Assembly: GCF_006345805.1 (NCBI RefSeq)
Contig: NW_021836119.1
Span: forward strand, 1-25,125
Reading direction: 5' to 3'
Length of the DNA: 25,125 nt
Origin: Octopus sinensis
Taxonomy: Eukaryota
A program made the translations under genes and the position numbers. Below the pieces are notes generated by a model. The model was not told the origin of the DNA. It searched no databases and saw nothing but the letters and a program-made list of their open reading frames with translations. Positions within the stretch are counted from its first letter, which is position 1. Each line of letters begins with the position of its first letter. Of this stretch, positions 9,142 through 19,790 are shown in pieces.

Positions 9142-10226
9142 AGGGTGTGAGAGCTATTTGAGGTCATGTTTGGTAATTTATTAAAGCAACTTTAATCTGG
9201 CAAAAAATCGAATGTATTTTAACAAAAATTTTAGGCACATGTTCTCGATAAGCTTTACTATGATATTCTTCAGTAAATCCGCTTATAACTTTGATAAATA
9301 CTTCAATACAGGACCGGTGTGAGTGTTATACTTGCTCTCACACCTTTCGGACATCACCTGCACAATGGCCTAATTCAGTGACGCAACGATATTTTGAGAA
9401 TATCAACTAGTCTCCTTTTTAAGCGCTCCAAACGTAGACGCCATGGGATTTAAATATGGCGAGTTTGGAGCTTGTAAGTTTGGTGCTACATGCTCGTAAA
9501 GATTGTTTGACATTCTTGGGTTACGTGAGCTTTGTGAGAAACTGCTGAATCTTGTTGAAACACATATATGGCTTTCCACTGTGTGCTTCATCCATCCTGG
9601 TATTAAAAACTATTTTCAGCATCTCAACGTATCCAGAAGTATTAATTCTAAGACCCTGTGGAAAGACGTGAGGTGGTGAGACATGACCTTCGTTACTCAC
9701 CTAAAACCATCACAGCTGCTAGAAACTTAATGTGCATCACTTTAAGGACGCCAGAAACATCTGCATTTAACCGTTATTTCTCCTGTTAGAAATTTTGATT
9801 TTTATTGATATTTTTCTCACCAGAGAGCGAAAGCATGCCATATTCGTGAAGGCTTTTAAAGTTATTAAGTAAGCTTCTTGTCCTTTTTTTGCGCGGATCG
9901 AACGGTCTTCTTGAGTTTTCGCAGACAGGAATTATCTCCTCGGTACATCCGACATGTATCGAATATTCTCGTGCACCACATTTTGATAGCCTACTCCGAC
10001 ACCTGAACTTCTTTGGCGATGGTCCGCATTGAGAATCTAGAATCATCATTGATAATATTGTGAACATGTTAGATATATTGGAGGGATATTATAGTGTCTG
10101 AATGTTGAGAATGCTTTCCTCTTTGATACAATTGAAACATTACCTCCATAGACTTCCAAATTCATTTGAACATTGTGTACAAAAAATCTTGTAACATTTC
10201 GAAAGTTGTCAATTTTCTAAATCGCT
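9139..10226 (-). pseudogene. Tc1/mariner DD37D (maT-like) transposase pseudogene with 3' TIR
   Basis: Minus-strand reconstruction across frameshifts: SMRTIAKEVQVSE...NVVHENIRY...FLSAKTQEDRSIRAK...SGEKN (FSDEKN site, 9825-9810)...VMVLG.SNEGHVSPPHVFPQGLRINT.GYVEML...FQQDSAVSHKAHVTQE (9560-)...PNSPYLNPM (9463-9442)...YVW. The spacing from the QQD aspartate to the third catalytic position is 37 if one deleted residue is restored. The end TA-CAGGGTGTG at 9139-9149 is TIR-like. The 5' end is missing. Confidence 0.88.
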
Positions 10227-10535
10227 GTGTTGTTGCTGTGGTTTGTTCCTTCTCGGGCCATGCCTGGCTCATAAGGGCTGGTTTCCCGGTTTCATTGGCG
10301 TATAGATTCCCCACCTGGACAGGACGCCGGTCCATTGCAGGTGAGTTGCTAGATGCAGGAAGAAAGAGTGGGAGAAAGTTGTGGCGAAGGTGTCAGCAGA
10401 AGTTCGACTTTACCTTCTGTCGGAGTAGCGTGGAGCTTAGGTGTTTCGCTCATAAACATAAACATCACCCTGTCTGAGATTCGAACCCGCGATCGCAAGT
10501 CCGCTGCTCTAACCACTTGGCCACGTGCTTCTACT
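10227..10535 (-). mobile_element. S3 SINE with V-domain-like 3' half
   Basis: Head AGTAGAAGCACGTGGCCAAGTGGTTAGAGCAGCGG...GGTTCGAATCTC, shared body, then CCTGCAATGGACCGGCGTCCTGTCCAGG (resembles the V-SINE domain as I recall it) and GAAACCGGGAAACC. Confidence 0.85.
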
Positions 10536-10608
10536 CTAAATCACTGTAGCAACAACAATTGCATGCCTTTTCTTTTCTTTCGTGTTAGCTTTATATCTGG
10601 TAATAAAA

Positions 10609-10762
10609 GGCGGCGAACTGGCAGAATCGTTAGTATGTCGGCCGAAACACTTTGCGTATTTCGTCTGTATTCACGCTCTCATTTTTGAATTCGGAACGTA
10701 AAGACAGACGAAATACCGCTAAGCATTTCGCCCGGCGTGCTCACGATTCTGCCAGCTCGCCC
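10609..10762. mobile_element. Two S2 SINE heads in inverted orientation
   Basis: A plus-strand head (10609-~10690) and a minus-strand head (~10690-10762) meet at GAATTC in the B-box region. Confidence 0.82.
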
Positions 10763-10869
10763 TCTCTGACGCAGCATTCAGATTACCGCTATCTTCTTTC
10801 CTTCACCAACTTCTGTCTTCCTCGTTAAACGCTAATCTCTCCCGTTTTCGTCATCTGTGCTTTTTTGAT

Positions 10870-11445
10870 AAATTCCTTTCTACTCTAGGCACAAGGCCCG
10901 AAATTTTGGGGGTGAGGGCCAGTCGATTAGATCTACCCCAGTACGCAACTAGTACCTAACTTATCGACTCCGAAAGGATGAAAGGTAAAGTCGACCTAGG
11001 CGGAATTTGAACTCGGAACGTAGCGGCAGACGAAATACCTATTTCTTTACTACCCACAAGGGGCTAAACACAGAGAGAACAAACAAGGACAGACAAGCGG
11101 TTTAAGTCGATTATATCGACCCCAGTGCATAACTGGTACTTATTTAATCGACCCCGAAAGGATGAAAAGCAAAGTCGACCTCGGCGGAATTTGAACTCAG
11201 AAAAGACAGACGAAGTACCTATTTCTTTACTACCCACAAGGGGCTAAACACAGAGACGACAAACAAGGACAGACAAACGGATCAATTCGATTACATCGAC
11301 CCCAGTGCATAACTGGTACTTATTTAATCGACCCCGAAAGGATGAAAGGCAAAGTCGACCTCGGCGGAATTTGAACTCAGAACGTAACGGCAGACGAAAT
11401 ACGGCTACGCATTTCGCCCGGCGTTCTAACGATTCTGCCAGCTCG
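10870..11445 (-). mobile_element. S2 SINE tandem array, 3 units (tails B-B-A read 5'->3')
   Basis: One full head at 11445, then two headless units joined at AAAGAAATA-GGT-A(T/C)TTCGTC (11217-11219, 11037-11039). Confidence 0.93.
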
Positions 11446-11879
11446 TCCTCTTTGACACAGTATTCAGATTACCGCTATCCTCTTTCCCAGTAATCTCCCC
11501 TGTTTTCATCATCTTGTTTTTTTTTTTTTTTTATATTTTGTCCATGTCCACCTTCCAGTTCTTACCTTGCGCAACGTATACATTAACCTGTTGCATGAAA
11601 TACAATTACCTTCGCGATAGCCACAGATGTATGAATACGTCCCAGTCCATCTTCCTGGTCGTCCTCCTCCTTCCCCACTTTTAAATTCTTGATTTCTTAA
11701 CACTCTCACACCATTCCTCTTGCTTGGACATCCCTCCGGACATCAAAATTTATTCTTTAAACTTCATCCGTTGTTAAAACTTAACTTCGGCAGCTTAGCG
11801 AACCGGTTGTTGGAAATTTGGCAGCTCACCACCGCATGTAAATACATCTAAAAGTGTATACTTTTATACATCATGCATA

Positions 11880-11938
11880 AGTGTGTGTGTGATAAGTTAT
11901 TATTCATGTGATTGTATTATGCACGCGCGTGTTGTATC

Positions 11939-11974
<36 letters not shown>

Positions 11975-12114
11975 CACACATAAAATAACCGCACAAATTA
12001 AATGTCGTCATCTTAATATATGTAGAATACAGACATGCATAATATATATATATATATAATGTGTGTGGTGTGTGTGTGTGTAAATATATAGTATATAATA
12101 TATATGTATATATG

Positions 12115-12151
<37 letters not shown>

Positions 12152-12228
12152 GTCATGTATGTATATATACATATATATGGTCTAATATATATGTAAATAT
12201 ATATCTATTACACCCATATATATATGTC

Positions 12229-12266
<38 letters not shown>

Positions 12267-12272
12267 TATCTG

Positions 12273-12303
<31 letters not shown>

Positions 12304-13574
12304 TATATATATATATAAATATCTGTATATATGTATATGTATAAATTATATATTCTATATTATATATCTCTGTATCTATGTATAATATATATATATATAT
12401 ATAATATATCTACTAAATATATAACTATATATATATCTGTTATATGTATATATATATCTCTATATTTTTTATTCTATAGAGGAGCTTCTACAGACTAGTA
12501 CTGTTGCATTCAAGAAAATCTTCAGGAGCTTCCTGAAGATTTCTCTGAATGAAACAGTACTAGTCCTGTAGAAGCTCCTTCTTATAATAATTAATTTTAC
12601 TATCTGCTATGTATTGAGTACCTTACTTACTGTGGTTAACCCGGATCACCCGGGACCTACATATTATATATATATATAATATATATATATTATATATACA
12701 GATATATATTATATAATATATATATATATATATAATATATATATTATATGTGTGTCAAACAGGAGAGCATGCACGTATTTATCTAAATATGGGCACATAC
12801 ACTGACGCATATACACATCAATACAACATACACACCACCCACACTCACACCGGCTCACACATAATACACTCCTATGTATATACATAAATATATAAGTATA
12901 CACACACACTCATATGTATGTATGCACGCATGCATACATGCGTGTGTGTGTATACTTATATATTTATGTATGTATTTATATATATATACATATATATATA
13001 TATATAGGAGTGTATGCGATTATGTGTGTGATTGTGTGCGTGTGGACCGGTGTATGTGTGTGGGTGGGTGTGTATGTTTGTATAAGGGTGTATATGCGTC
13101 AATGTCTGTACACATATTTCGATACATATTTATTCCCTATTATTTATTGGAACCCTAGGTATGTACATATTTACTCGTGTATGTATATGCATACGTCTGC
13201 ATGCGCACACACGCACGCACACATAATCAGAAATGCACACACACACACACACACACACAGAGGCGTACATATTAATGTATGTTTAATAACATGTGCGTAT
13301 GTGTATATACACATATATATATATATATACGATTACACACATATATATGATATATATATATATATATATATATATAGCCCCATTCGAGGAATATATATAA
13401 TATATATATATACATATATATGTCCTATATATTTATATGTATATACAATATATATATATACACACACAATATACATACATATATACAAACATACATACAT
13501 AAACATAAACACACACACACATGCATACATATATATATATATACATATATGTATATACACGCACACATATATAT

Positions 13575-13618
<44 letters not shown>

Positions 13619-13681
13619 ATGTACATAGATATATATGTATGCATGTATATATATATGTGTGTATATATATATACATATATA

Positions 13682-13719
<38 letters not shown>

Positions 13720-13790
13720 GTATGTATATAATATATACATATATATATATATATATGCACACAAACACGAATATGTAAATCTTATGCATG
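11880..13790. repeat. Large compound (TA)n/(TG)n/(CA)n/(TATG)n microsatellite field
   Basis: Dominated by TA dinucleotide. Source of the YIYIYI ORFs, including the 320-aa ORF at 12914-13876. Confidence 0.96.
12479..12581. mobile_element. Near-perfect 103-bp palindrome (fold-back element) within (TA)n
   Basis: GAGGAGCTTCTACAGACTAGTACTGTTGCATTCAAGAAAATCTTCAGGAG versus the reverse complement of the right arm, GAAGGAGCTTCTACAGGACTAGTACTGTTTCATTCAGAGAAATCTTCAGGAAG. Confidence 0.9.
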
Positions 13791-13976
13791 TATGTCTTTT
13801 GCAGTGTTGCCAAAAAGAATCTGTAAGGTTGAGGGGCCAAAGAAACACTACCGTTCGTTCGTCAAGTCCCCGCTAGGTGGCAGTTATCCAAATGATGTCA
13901 AAAAAGATCCATCATTGCAGTTGGCATCACAGCACCAAATATCTAAACATGTTTTCATTATTATTATTATTATTGC

Positions 13977-14015
<39 letters not shown>

Positions 14016-14324
14016 AACTGGTGTTGTTGAACCGTAGGTCATGACCAACGGAGTCATTTCATGCATAAACGCGTTCCAGTCATGACCATCCTGTCATTTG
14101 TCCTATGATGTTGCACAAGTGGAGGAACCAAGAGGCACATCATCGAATGTGTTGAGTTCTGAAATAGTTGATGGTGGTGGTGGTGGTTGTTGTTGTTTGA
14201 AGGATGATTTGATTTACCTGCTATTTCTAGCATTTCGATGACCACATAGAGGCTCATTCTGGCTCGTGTTCTGACTATTGGAACCAACAGGTACTGCAGT
14301 GGTGTTGTTGTTGGTGTTTGTTTG

Positions 14325-14698
14325 TTTGCTGAGCGAAGCGGTCTTCGTCTCATTAGTGGGAGAAGTCCGAAACGTGGTCCTTTTGCTATTCGTAAGACCC
14401 GCAGAAGAGAAAGCAGGTCAACCCCCGACACCGAGAGCATCGACGGATGGATGAATGCGCATCCAGGCTCAGCGGTTGGTTGCGTAGGAAGTCGGGGACA
14501 AGAAAGGGGAAGAAAGAGTGAGAGAAAGTTGGGGCAAAAGAGTACAACATGGGTCGTCACCACCCCCTACCGGAGCCTCGTGGAACTTTTAGGTGTTTTC
14601 GCTCAATAAACACACACAACGCCCGGTCTGGGAATCGAAACCGCGATCCTCCGACCGCGGGTCCGCTTCCCTAACCACTGGGCAATTGCGCCTCCACT
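14325..14698 (-). mobile_element. S3 SINE, full length, tail type 1
   Basis: Head AGTGGAGGCGCAATTGCCCAGTGGTTAGGG...GGTTTCGATTCCC. Collinear with 20532-20883 over its whole length. Confidence 0.92.
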
Positions 14699-14920
14699 GT
14701 TGGTGGTGTTGATGGTGTTGGTGGTTGTGGTGTTGGTTGCTGTGGTGTTGGTTGCTGTGGTGTTGGTTGCTGTGGTGTTGGTGGCGGTGTTGGTGATAAC
14801 AGCGTTGTTGTTGTTGATGGTGGTGGTGATTGTTGTTTTTGTGGAGGTGCTAGTTTGTATTGGTGCTGTTAGCTGTTGTAATGATGGCGGCGGCGGTGGT
14901 GGTGGTTGTTTGATGGGGGC
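14699..14920. repeat. (GGT/GTT)n low complexity including a 15-bp repeat (GGTGTTGGTTGCTGT)
   Basis: Three to four tandem copies of the 15-mer at about 14729-14785. Confidence 0.85.
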
Positions 14921-15091
14921 GGAGGATTTACCTGCCGTTTCTTGCATTTCGATGACCACATAGAGGCTCACTCTTGCTCGTGTTCTGACCATTGGAACCA
15001 ACAAGTACTGCAATGGTGGTGTTGCTGTATTGATGGTGGTGCTGGTGGCTGTGACAGTGGTGACGGTGTTGGTGGTAATAACGTAGTTATT

Positions 15092-15250
15092 GTCTTCTTC
15101 TTCTTCTTCTTCTTTTCTTCTTCTTCTTCTTCTCTTCTTTCTTTTCTCTTTCTTCTCTTCTTCTTCTTCTTCTTCTTCTTCTTCTTCTCTTCTTCTTCTT
15201 CTTCCTTCTCTTCTTCTTTCTTCTCTTCTTCTTCTCTCTCTTCTTCCTTC
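15092..15250. repeat. (CTT)n microsatellite, probably the 3' tail of the adjacent S3 SINE
   Basis: TCT/CTT run directly abutting the SINE 3' end. Confidence 0.9.
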
Positions 15251-15737
15251 GTCTTCAATCAGGACTCACGCCATTAGCCACAAAGAATATCTCTAATTCG
15301 AGCCTACTCTAAGCTTCTAAGAATGCGTGTGACAACTTGAAGATCCACCCACCACACGCGAATAAACTGGTGGTTGCACGGGTGCAAAAGCTACGTTGTT
15401 ATCCTCATTCCGTAAACGGTGGCTTTTTAACGGGTGGAGAGCTGAACCATCCTGGGGTACAGAGGATTCGCAATCTAGACTAGGTCTGAAAGTTTTACCA
15501 CACCATAGTGGGTTACCCCGTGGTTCCTCTGCTTTGTGGCAGAAGTAGGAAGAAAGAGTGAGAGAAAGTTGTGGTGAAAGTGTACAGCGGGGTTCATCCC
15601 CACATCACCGCCGGAGCATCGTAGAGCTTAGGCGTTTTTGCTCAATAAACACTCACAATGCCCGGTCAGGGAATTGAAACCGTGCTCTTACGACCGCGAG
15701 TCCGCTGCCCTAACCACTGGGCCATTGCGCCTCCACT
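15250..15737 (-). mobile_element. S3 SINE with a different ~290-bp 3' half (tail type 3)
   Basis: Head AGTGGAGGCGCAATGGCCCAGTGGTTAGGGCAGCGG. Shared body up to CTCTCACTCTTTCTTCC (about 15550), then sequence unrelated to tail types 1 and 2. Confidence 0.82.
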
Positions 15738-17173
15738 GTTGTTGTTGTTGGTGATGATACTGGTTGGTGTTGATGGTGTTGGGGGCGGGGTCGGCAGTGG
15801 TGGTGGTTGTAACGGAACAGTGTTGGTGGTAATGACGTTGTCGCTGTTAGTGATGGTAGGGTAATGGTAGTTGTGTAGGTGCTAGTTTGTATTGGTGCTG
15901 TTAGCAGTGGCAAAGACGATGGTGGTGACGATGGTACTGGCGATGGTATTAGTGTTGATGGTGGTAGTTCCGGTGCCAGTACTAGTGGCATTATTGGTGG
16001 CGATGTTGGTGTGAATCGTGAGAGGTTGTGGTGATAGTAGTAGAGTGCATAAAGGTGGCGGTGGTAGTGCAAGTGGTTGTGTTGGTATTGGTCATAGTAA
16101 TGTTAGTGCTGTTGATGGTGGTAAATGCGTTCGTCTTAGTATCAAAGTTAGTAGTGGTGGTCACGGCTGCAGTGGTTGTGATGGGTGCTTTGGTGGTAAC
16201 ATTTGGTGGTGGCATTGTCGGATATGGTAGGGCTGGTGTGATTGTGTTAGCAGCGATGGTGGTGATGGTAAGGGTGGTGATGGTTTATTACGTCTTCGTA
16301 ACTTAGATGTACGGCAAAAGAGATCGATAGAATAAGATGATCGTGGTGTGGGTGTTAATATCTTTGATCGTGATGGTGTTGGTGGTGTGGTGGTTGTGAT
16401 GATGGTGATAATGCTTTTGGCGATGGTGGTGGCGGTGGTGATGGCGGTTGTGATGATGGTGGTGGAGATGACTGTGGTGTTTGTGTTGTTTTTGTTACTA
16501 CTAGTATTGTTTATGGTATTGGTAGCGGTAGTACAGTGGTATTGGTGATGGTTGTAGTATTAATGGTAAAAGTAGTTGTAGTGGCCGTTGTGGTGGTAGT
16601 GCTGTTGTTGTTGGAGATCGCGGTGGTGGTGTTGGTGATGTTGGTGATGGTGGTGGTGATGGCGGTGGTGGTGATGGTGATGGTGGTGGTGAAAATGGTT
16701 GCGTTGATAGTGTGGAGATGGTGGTGACGATGATGCTAGCGCGATGGTGGCGATGATGATGGTAATGATAGTGGTGGTGGCGATGACGGAGATGATGGTG
16801 ATAGCGGTGGAGTAGAGGTGATGGTGATGGTGGAGGGGTGTCTGATGGCGGTGGCATTAGTAGTGGTGGAGCTGCTAGTGATAGTGGTGGCGGTGGTGGT
16901 GATGGTGGTGTTGGAGACAGTGGAGAAGTAGCGTTGGTGATGATGATTATGACACAGATTGTGGCGTTGGCGATGGTGGTAGTGGTGGCGATGAAGGTGA
17001 TGATAGTGACGATTGTTGGGGTGGGGGATGATGGTGATGGCGGCGGCGGTGGTGGCGTTGGTCAAACATGGTTTCGATTTATTGGCGTTGATGTCAGAGG
17101 TGAGAGAGGCGAGAACCTCACAGAATAGGCTTGGAGCCAGCACCTCATCTTATAATTTATGTCTTGTACTAAT

Positions 17174-17236
<63 letters not shown>

Positions 17237-17464
17237 TTGGTGGTGTTGGCGGAAGTAGCTGAGATGGTGGTAGTGGTAGTAGTAAAAGGATTGCTGGTAG
17301 TAGCTGTGGTTGCTATATTAATGTTGGTAGTAGTAGTATAGTAGTAGTAGTAGTAGTAGTATTGGTGGTGTTGGCGGAAGTAGTTGTAATGGTGATAGTG
17401 GTAGTAGTAATAGGACTGGTGGTAGTAGCTGTGGTTGCTATATTGATGTTGGTAGTAGTAGTGA

Positions 17465-17511
<47 letters not shown>

Positions 17512-17725
17512 TGGATGGTGGTGGTTGTAGAAGTAGTGGTGGGGATGTGACAGTGGTGGCGGTGGCGGTGGTAGTAGTAGTAGTAGAGCTATTGGTGGCT
17601 TTAGTAGCAGAAGTGGTGGTAGTGGTCGTCGTGGGAGTAGTAGTGGTTATGGTTGTGGTGGTGGTGGTGGTGGTTGTGTTGGTGGTCATGATGATGATGA
17701 TGGTGATTGCGATGGTCGTGGGTAG
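15738..17725. repeat. Degenerate (GGT/GAT/TAG)n trinucleotide tract
   Basis: GGT-rich with pure (TAG)n runs at about 17175-17235 and 17465-17510. Small non-repetitive island at about 17060-17170. Confidence 0.94.
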
Positions 17726-17890
17726 CGATTCTGGATCTATTCGTCATATTGGATAGATCCGTGATTTTTATCTTTCGGGTACCACTGGTGGTACCATAGA
17801 ATTTAGTCATAATACATCTGCTATTCTTTATCTGGTTTTCCTTCATATTTCCTTCACCTTTGCTGCAACTTCTACCAAAGAACACATTGG

Positions 17891-18106
17891 GAGAATCGTT
17901 AACACGCCGGACAAAATGCTTAACGGTATTTCGTCCGTTTTTTACATTCTGAATTCAAATTCCGCTGAGGTCGATCGACCTCACCTTTTCATTCTTTTCG
18001 GGATCGATAAAATTAGTACCAGTTTGAATATTGCTGTCGATGTGATCGACTTTCTCCTTCCCACCACGAAATTTTGGGCCCTGTCCCAAAATTTGAAATC
18101 ATTATT
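17891..18106 (+). mobile_element. S2 SINE, 5'-truncated, A/C-type tail
   Basis: GAATCGTTAACACGCC...GAATTCAAATTCCGC...GTCGATGTGATCGAC...AAATTTTGGGCCC...AAAATTTGAAATCATT. Confidence 0.85.
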
Positions 18107-18770
18107 GCGCAGGGTGCCGAAATCGCCCTTCATGCACTCGTCTAGTGTCCGGACATTACTGACTTGTGGAGCCTTGTCTAGCAGCTGTTGTCGTGTGTAG
18201 GACGGATCCGGTTATCAGCCGAGTCCATCGTGAAGATTGCTCCGCCACCTTTTGGCCGAGAAGGAAAGGCAGTTTTTCTCTGTCTGGTGGCTATGGCGAA
18301 GGAAGTAGTATGGTGGACGAGATTGAAAGAACTAAAGACAGATAACAGATTCTTTCCACTTCGGCTAAGTCCTCATCGACTTTTTCAAGTTCCACCTGAA
18401 AAGATAAGTGAGGTTGGAGGGTGAAGTACTGCACCCCTCCTACCCATCATTTTTGTTGAAAGGTGGGTAAATGTGGCGAGGATGGCCCATGTGAATGGGT
18501 CTACTCTGAACATTCGCTTGTAAACCGGAGGAGTTGAGGAGAGAAGCGCCTGCTGAGATGCACCTGGTGGTTAGGGTAATCAGGATGCCTGCAGTTCCTC
18601 GGTTTCCCCTGTGTGGAATTACTCAATTTTAGGGAATTTTTACTGTGTAATTTTATTGTTAATTGTTATTGTTATTTATTTTATATACGACATTGTGGCC
18701 AAATCCTATTTGTCCACTGTGTTGTATTGTCCCTATTGGCTGTGTTCGGTCCTTGCGGCCAATAAAGAAA
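18107..18770 (+). mobile_element. L1/Tx1-like LINE 3' fragment (ORF2 C-terminus pseudogene plus 3' UTR)
   Basis: AQGAEIALHALV*CPDITDLWSLV*QLLSCVGRIRLSAESIVKIAPP..GREGKAVFLCLVAMAKEVVWWTRLK / LIDFFKFHLKR*VRLE / FVERWVNVARMAHVNGSTLNIRL* (stop 18521-18523). The E-x-x-x-H-x-L-x-x-C-x5-LW pattern is the tail of the CCHC knuckle of L1/Tx1 ORF2. Ends in AATAAAGAAA plus (TTA)n. Confidence 0.78.
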
Positions 18771-18773
18771 ACG

Positions 18774-18939
18774 TTATTATTACTATTATTATTATTATTA
18801 TTATTATTATTATCATTATTATTATAATTATTATTATTATTATTATTATTATATTATTATCATTATTATTATTATATTATTATATTATTATTATTATATT
18901 ATCATATTATTATTATTATTATTATTATATGATTATATA

Positions 18940-18970
<31 letters not shown>

Positions 18971-19273
18971 GATTATTATCATTATTATTATTATTATTAT
19001 ATTATTATTATTATTATTATTATATTATTATTTTATTATTTTTTATTATTTTATATTTTATTTTGATTTATTATTATTATATTATTTTATTATTATTATG
19101 TATTATTATTATCATTATATTATTATTTTATTATTATTATTATATATATATTATTATTATTATTATATTATTATTATTATTATTCATTATTATTATTATT
19201 ATTATTATTTTTTATTATTATTATTATTATTATTATCATTATTATTATTATTATTATAGTATTATTATATTAT

Positions 19274-19304
<31 letters not shown>

Positions 19305-19518
19305 TTTATTATTATTATATTATTATCATTATTATTATTGTTATTATTATATTTATTTATATTATTATTATTATATTATTATTATCTTAGTATTATGTAT
19401 TATTATTATTATTATATTATCATTATTATTATCATTATTATTAGTTATTATTATTATTATTATTATTTAGATCATTATATTATTATTTATTATTATTATT
19501 ATATTATTAATTATATTA
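18774..19518. repeat. (TTA)n microsatellite, ~750 bp
   Basis: Expanded from or abutting the LINE tail. Source of the I/Y/L ORFs. Confidence 0.97.
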
Positions 19519-19728
19519 AGCGACAAGCTATCCGAATCTTTAGCACGCTGGACGAAACGCTTAGCGGTATTCGTCCGTCTTCACTTTCTGAGTTCAAATT
19601 CCGCCGAGGTCGACATTGCCTTTCATCCTTTCGGGATCTATAAAATATGAACCAGTTGAACACTAGGGTCAATGTAATCGATTCACTGCTCCTTCAAACT
19701 GATGCCTTTGTGGCAAAATTTGAAACCA

Positions 19729-19730
<2 letters not shown>
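19519..19730 (+). mobile_element. S2 SINE with tail C
   Basis: Degenerate head, GAGTTCAAATTCCGCCGAGGTCGAC, tail ...GCCTTTGTGGCAAAATTTGAAACCATT plus (ATT)n. Confidence 0.87.
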
Positions 19731-19773
<43 letters not shown>

Positions 19774-19790
19774 TATTATTATTATTATTA

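Noticed and set aside
10870-11445. Regularly spaced ~180-bp repeats here and at 24260-25125 superficially suggesting a CRISPR array
   Set aside because: The repeats are whole SINE bodies with homologous intervening tails, not short direct repeats with unique spacers. No cas genes, and the context is eukaryotic.
11540-11850. Two strong minus-strand donors (AAG|GTAAGA, AAG|GTAATT) and a possible hAT-like end near 11800-11845
   Set aside because: No convincing acceptor or recognisable peptide, and the transposon end has no visible partner.
13795-13960. Unique island with open frames (plus [26 protein letters not shown]..., minus IWCCDANCNDGSF)
   Set aside because: There is no matched acceptor-donor pair around the open frame. 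The Cys motif is too short to call a Ly6/three-finger domain.
14325-14480. Possible HDV-like ribozyme in S3 tail type 1 (GACCTGC/GCGGGTC hairpin)
   Set aside because: Only one hairpin is evident. I could not build the nested double pseudoknot (P1, P1.1, P2, P3) by eye.
14620-14698. tRNA-like sequences (also 10470-10535, 15665-15737, 20532-20600, 22279-22350 and the S2 heads) as tRNA genes
   Set aside because: A and B boxes are present, but the cloverleaf is broken and each continues into a repeated SINE body.
17060-17170. Island with donor GAG|GTGAGA after KHGFDLLALMSE; similar island at 17730-17890
   Set aside because: No upstream acceptor, and both strands give equally plausible frames.
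18330-18400. Minus-strand strong acceptor followed by VELEKVDEDLAEVERICYL, which looks like a host exon
   Set aside because: It is the antisense of the L1/Tx1 ORF2 remnant. This shows that protein-like appearance alone is unreliable in this window.
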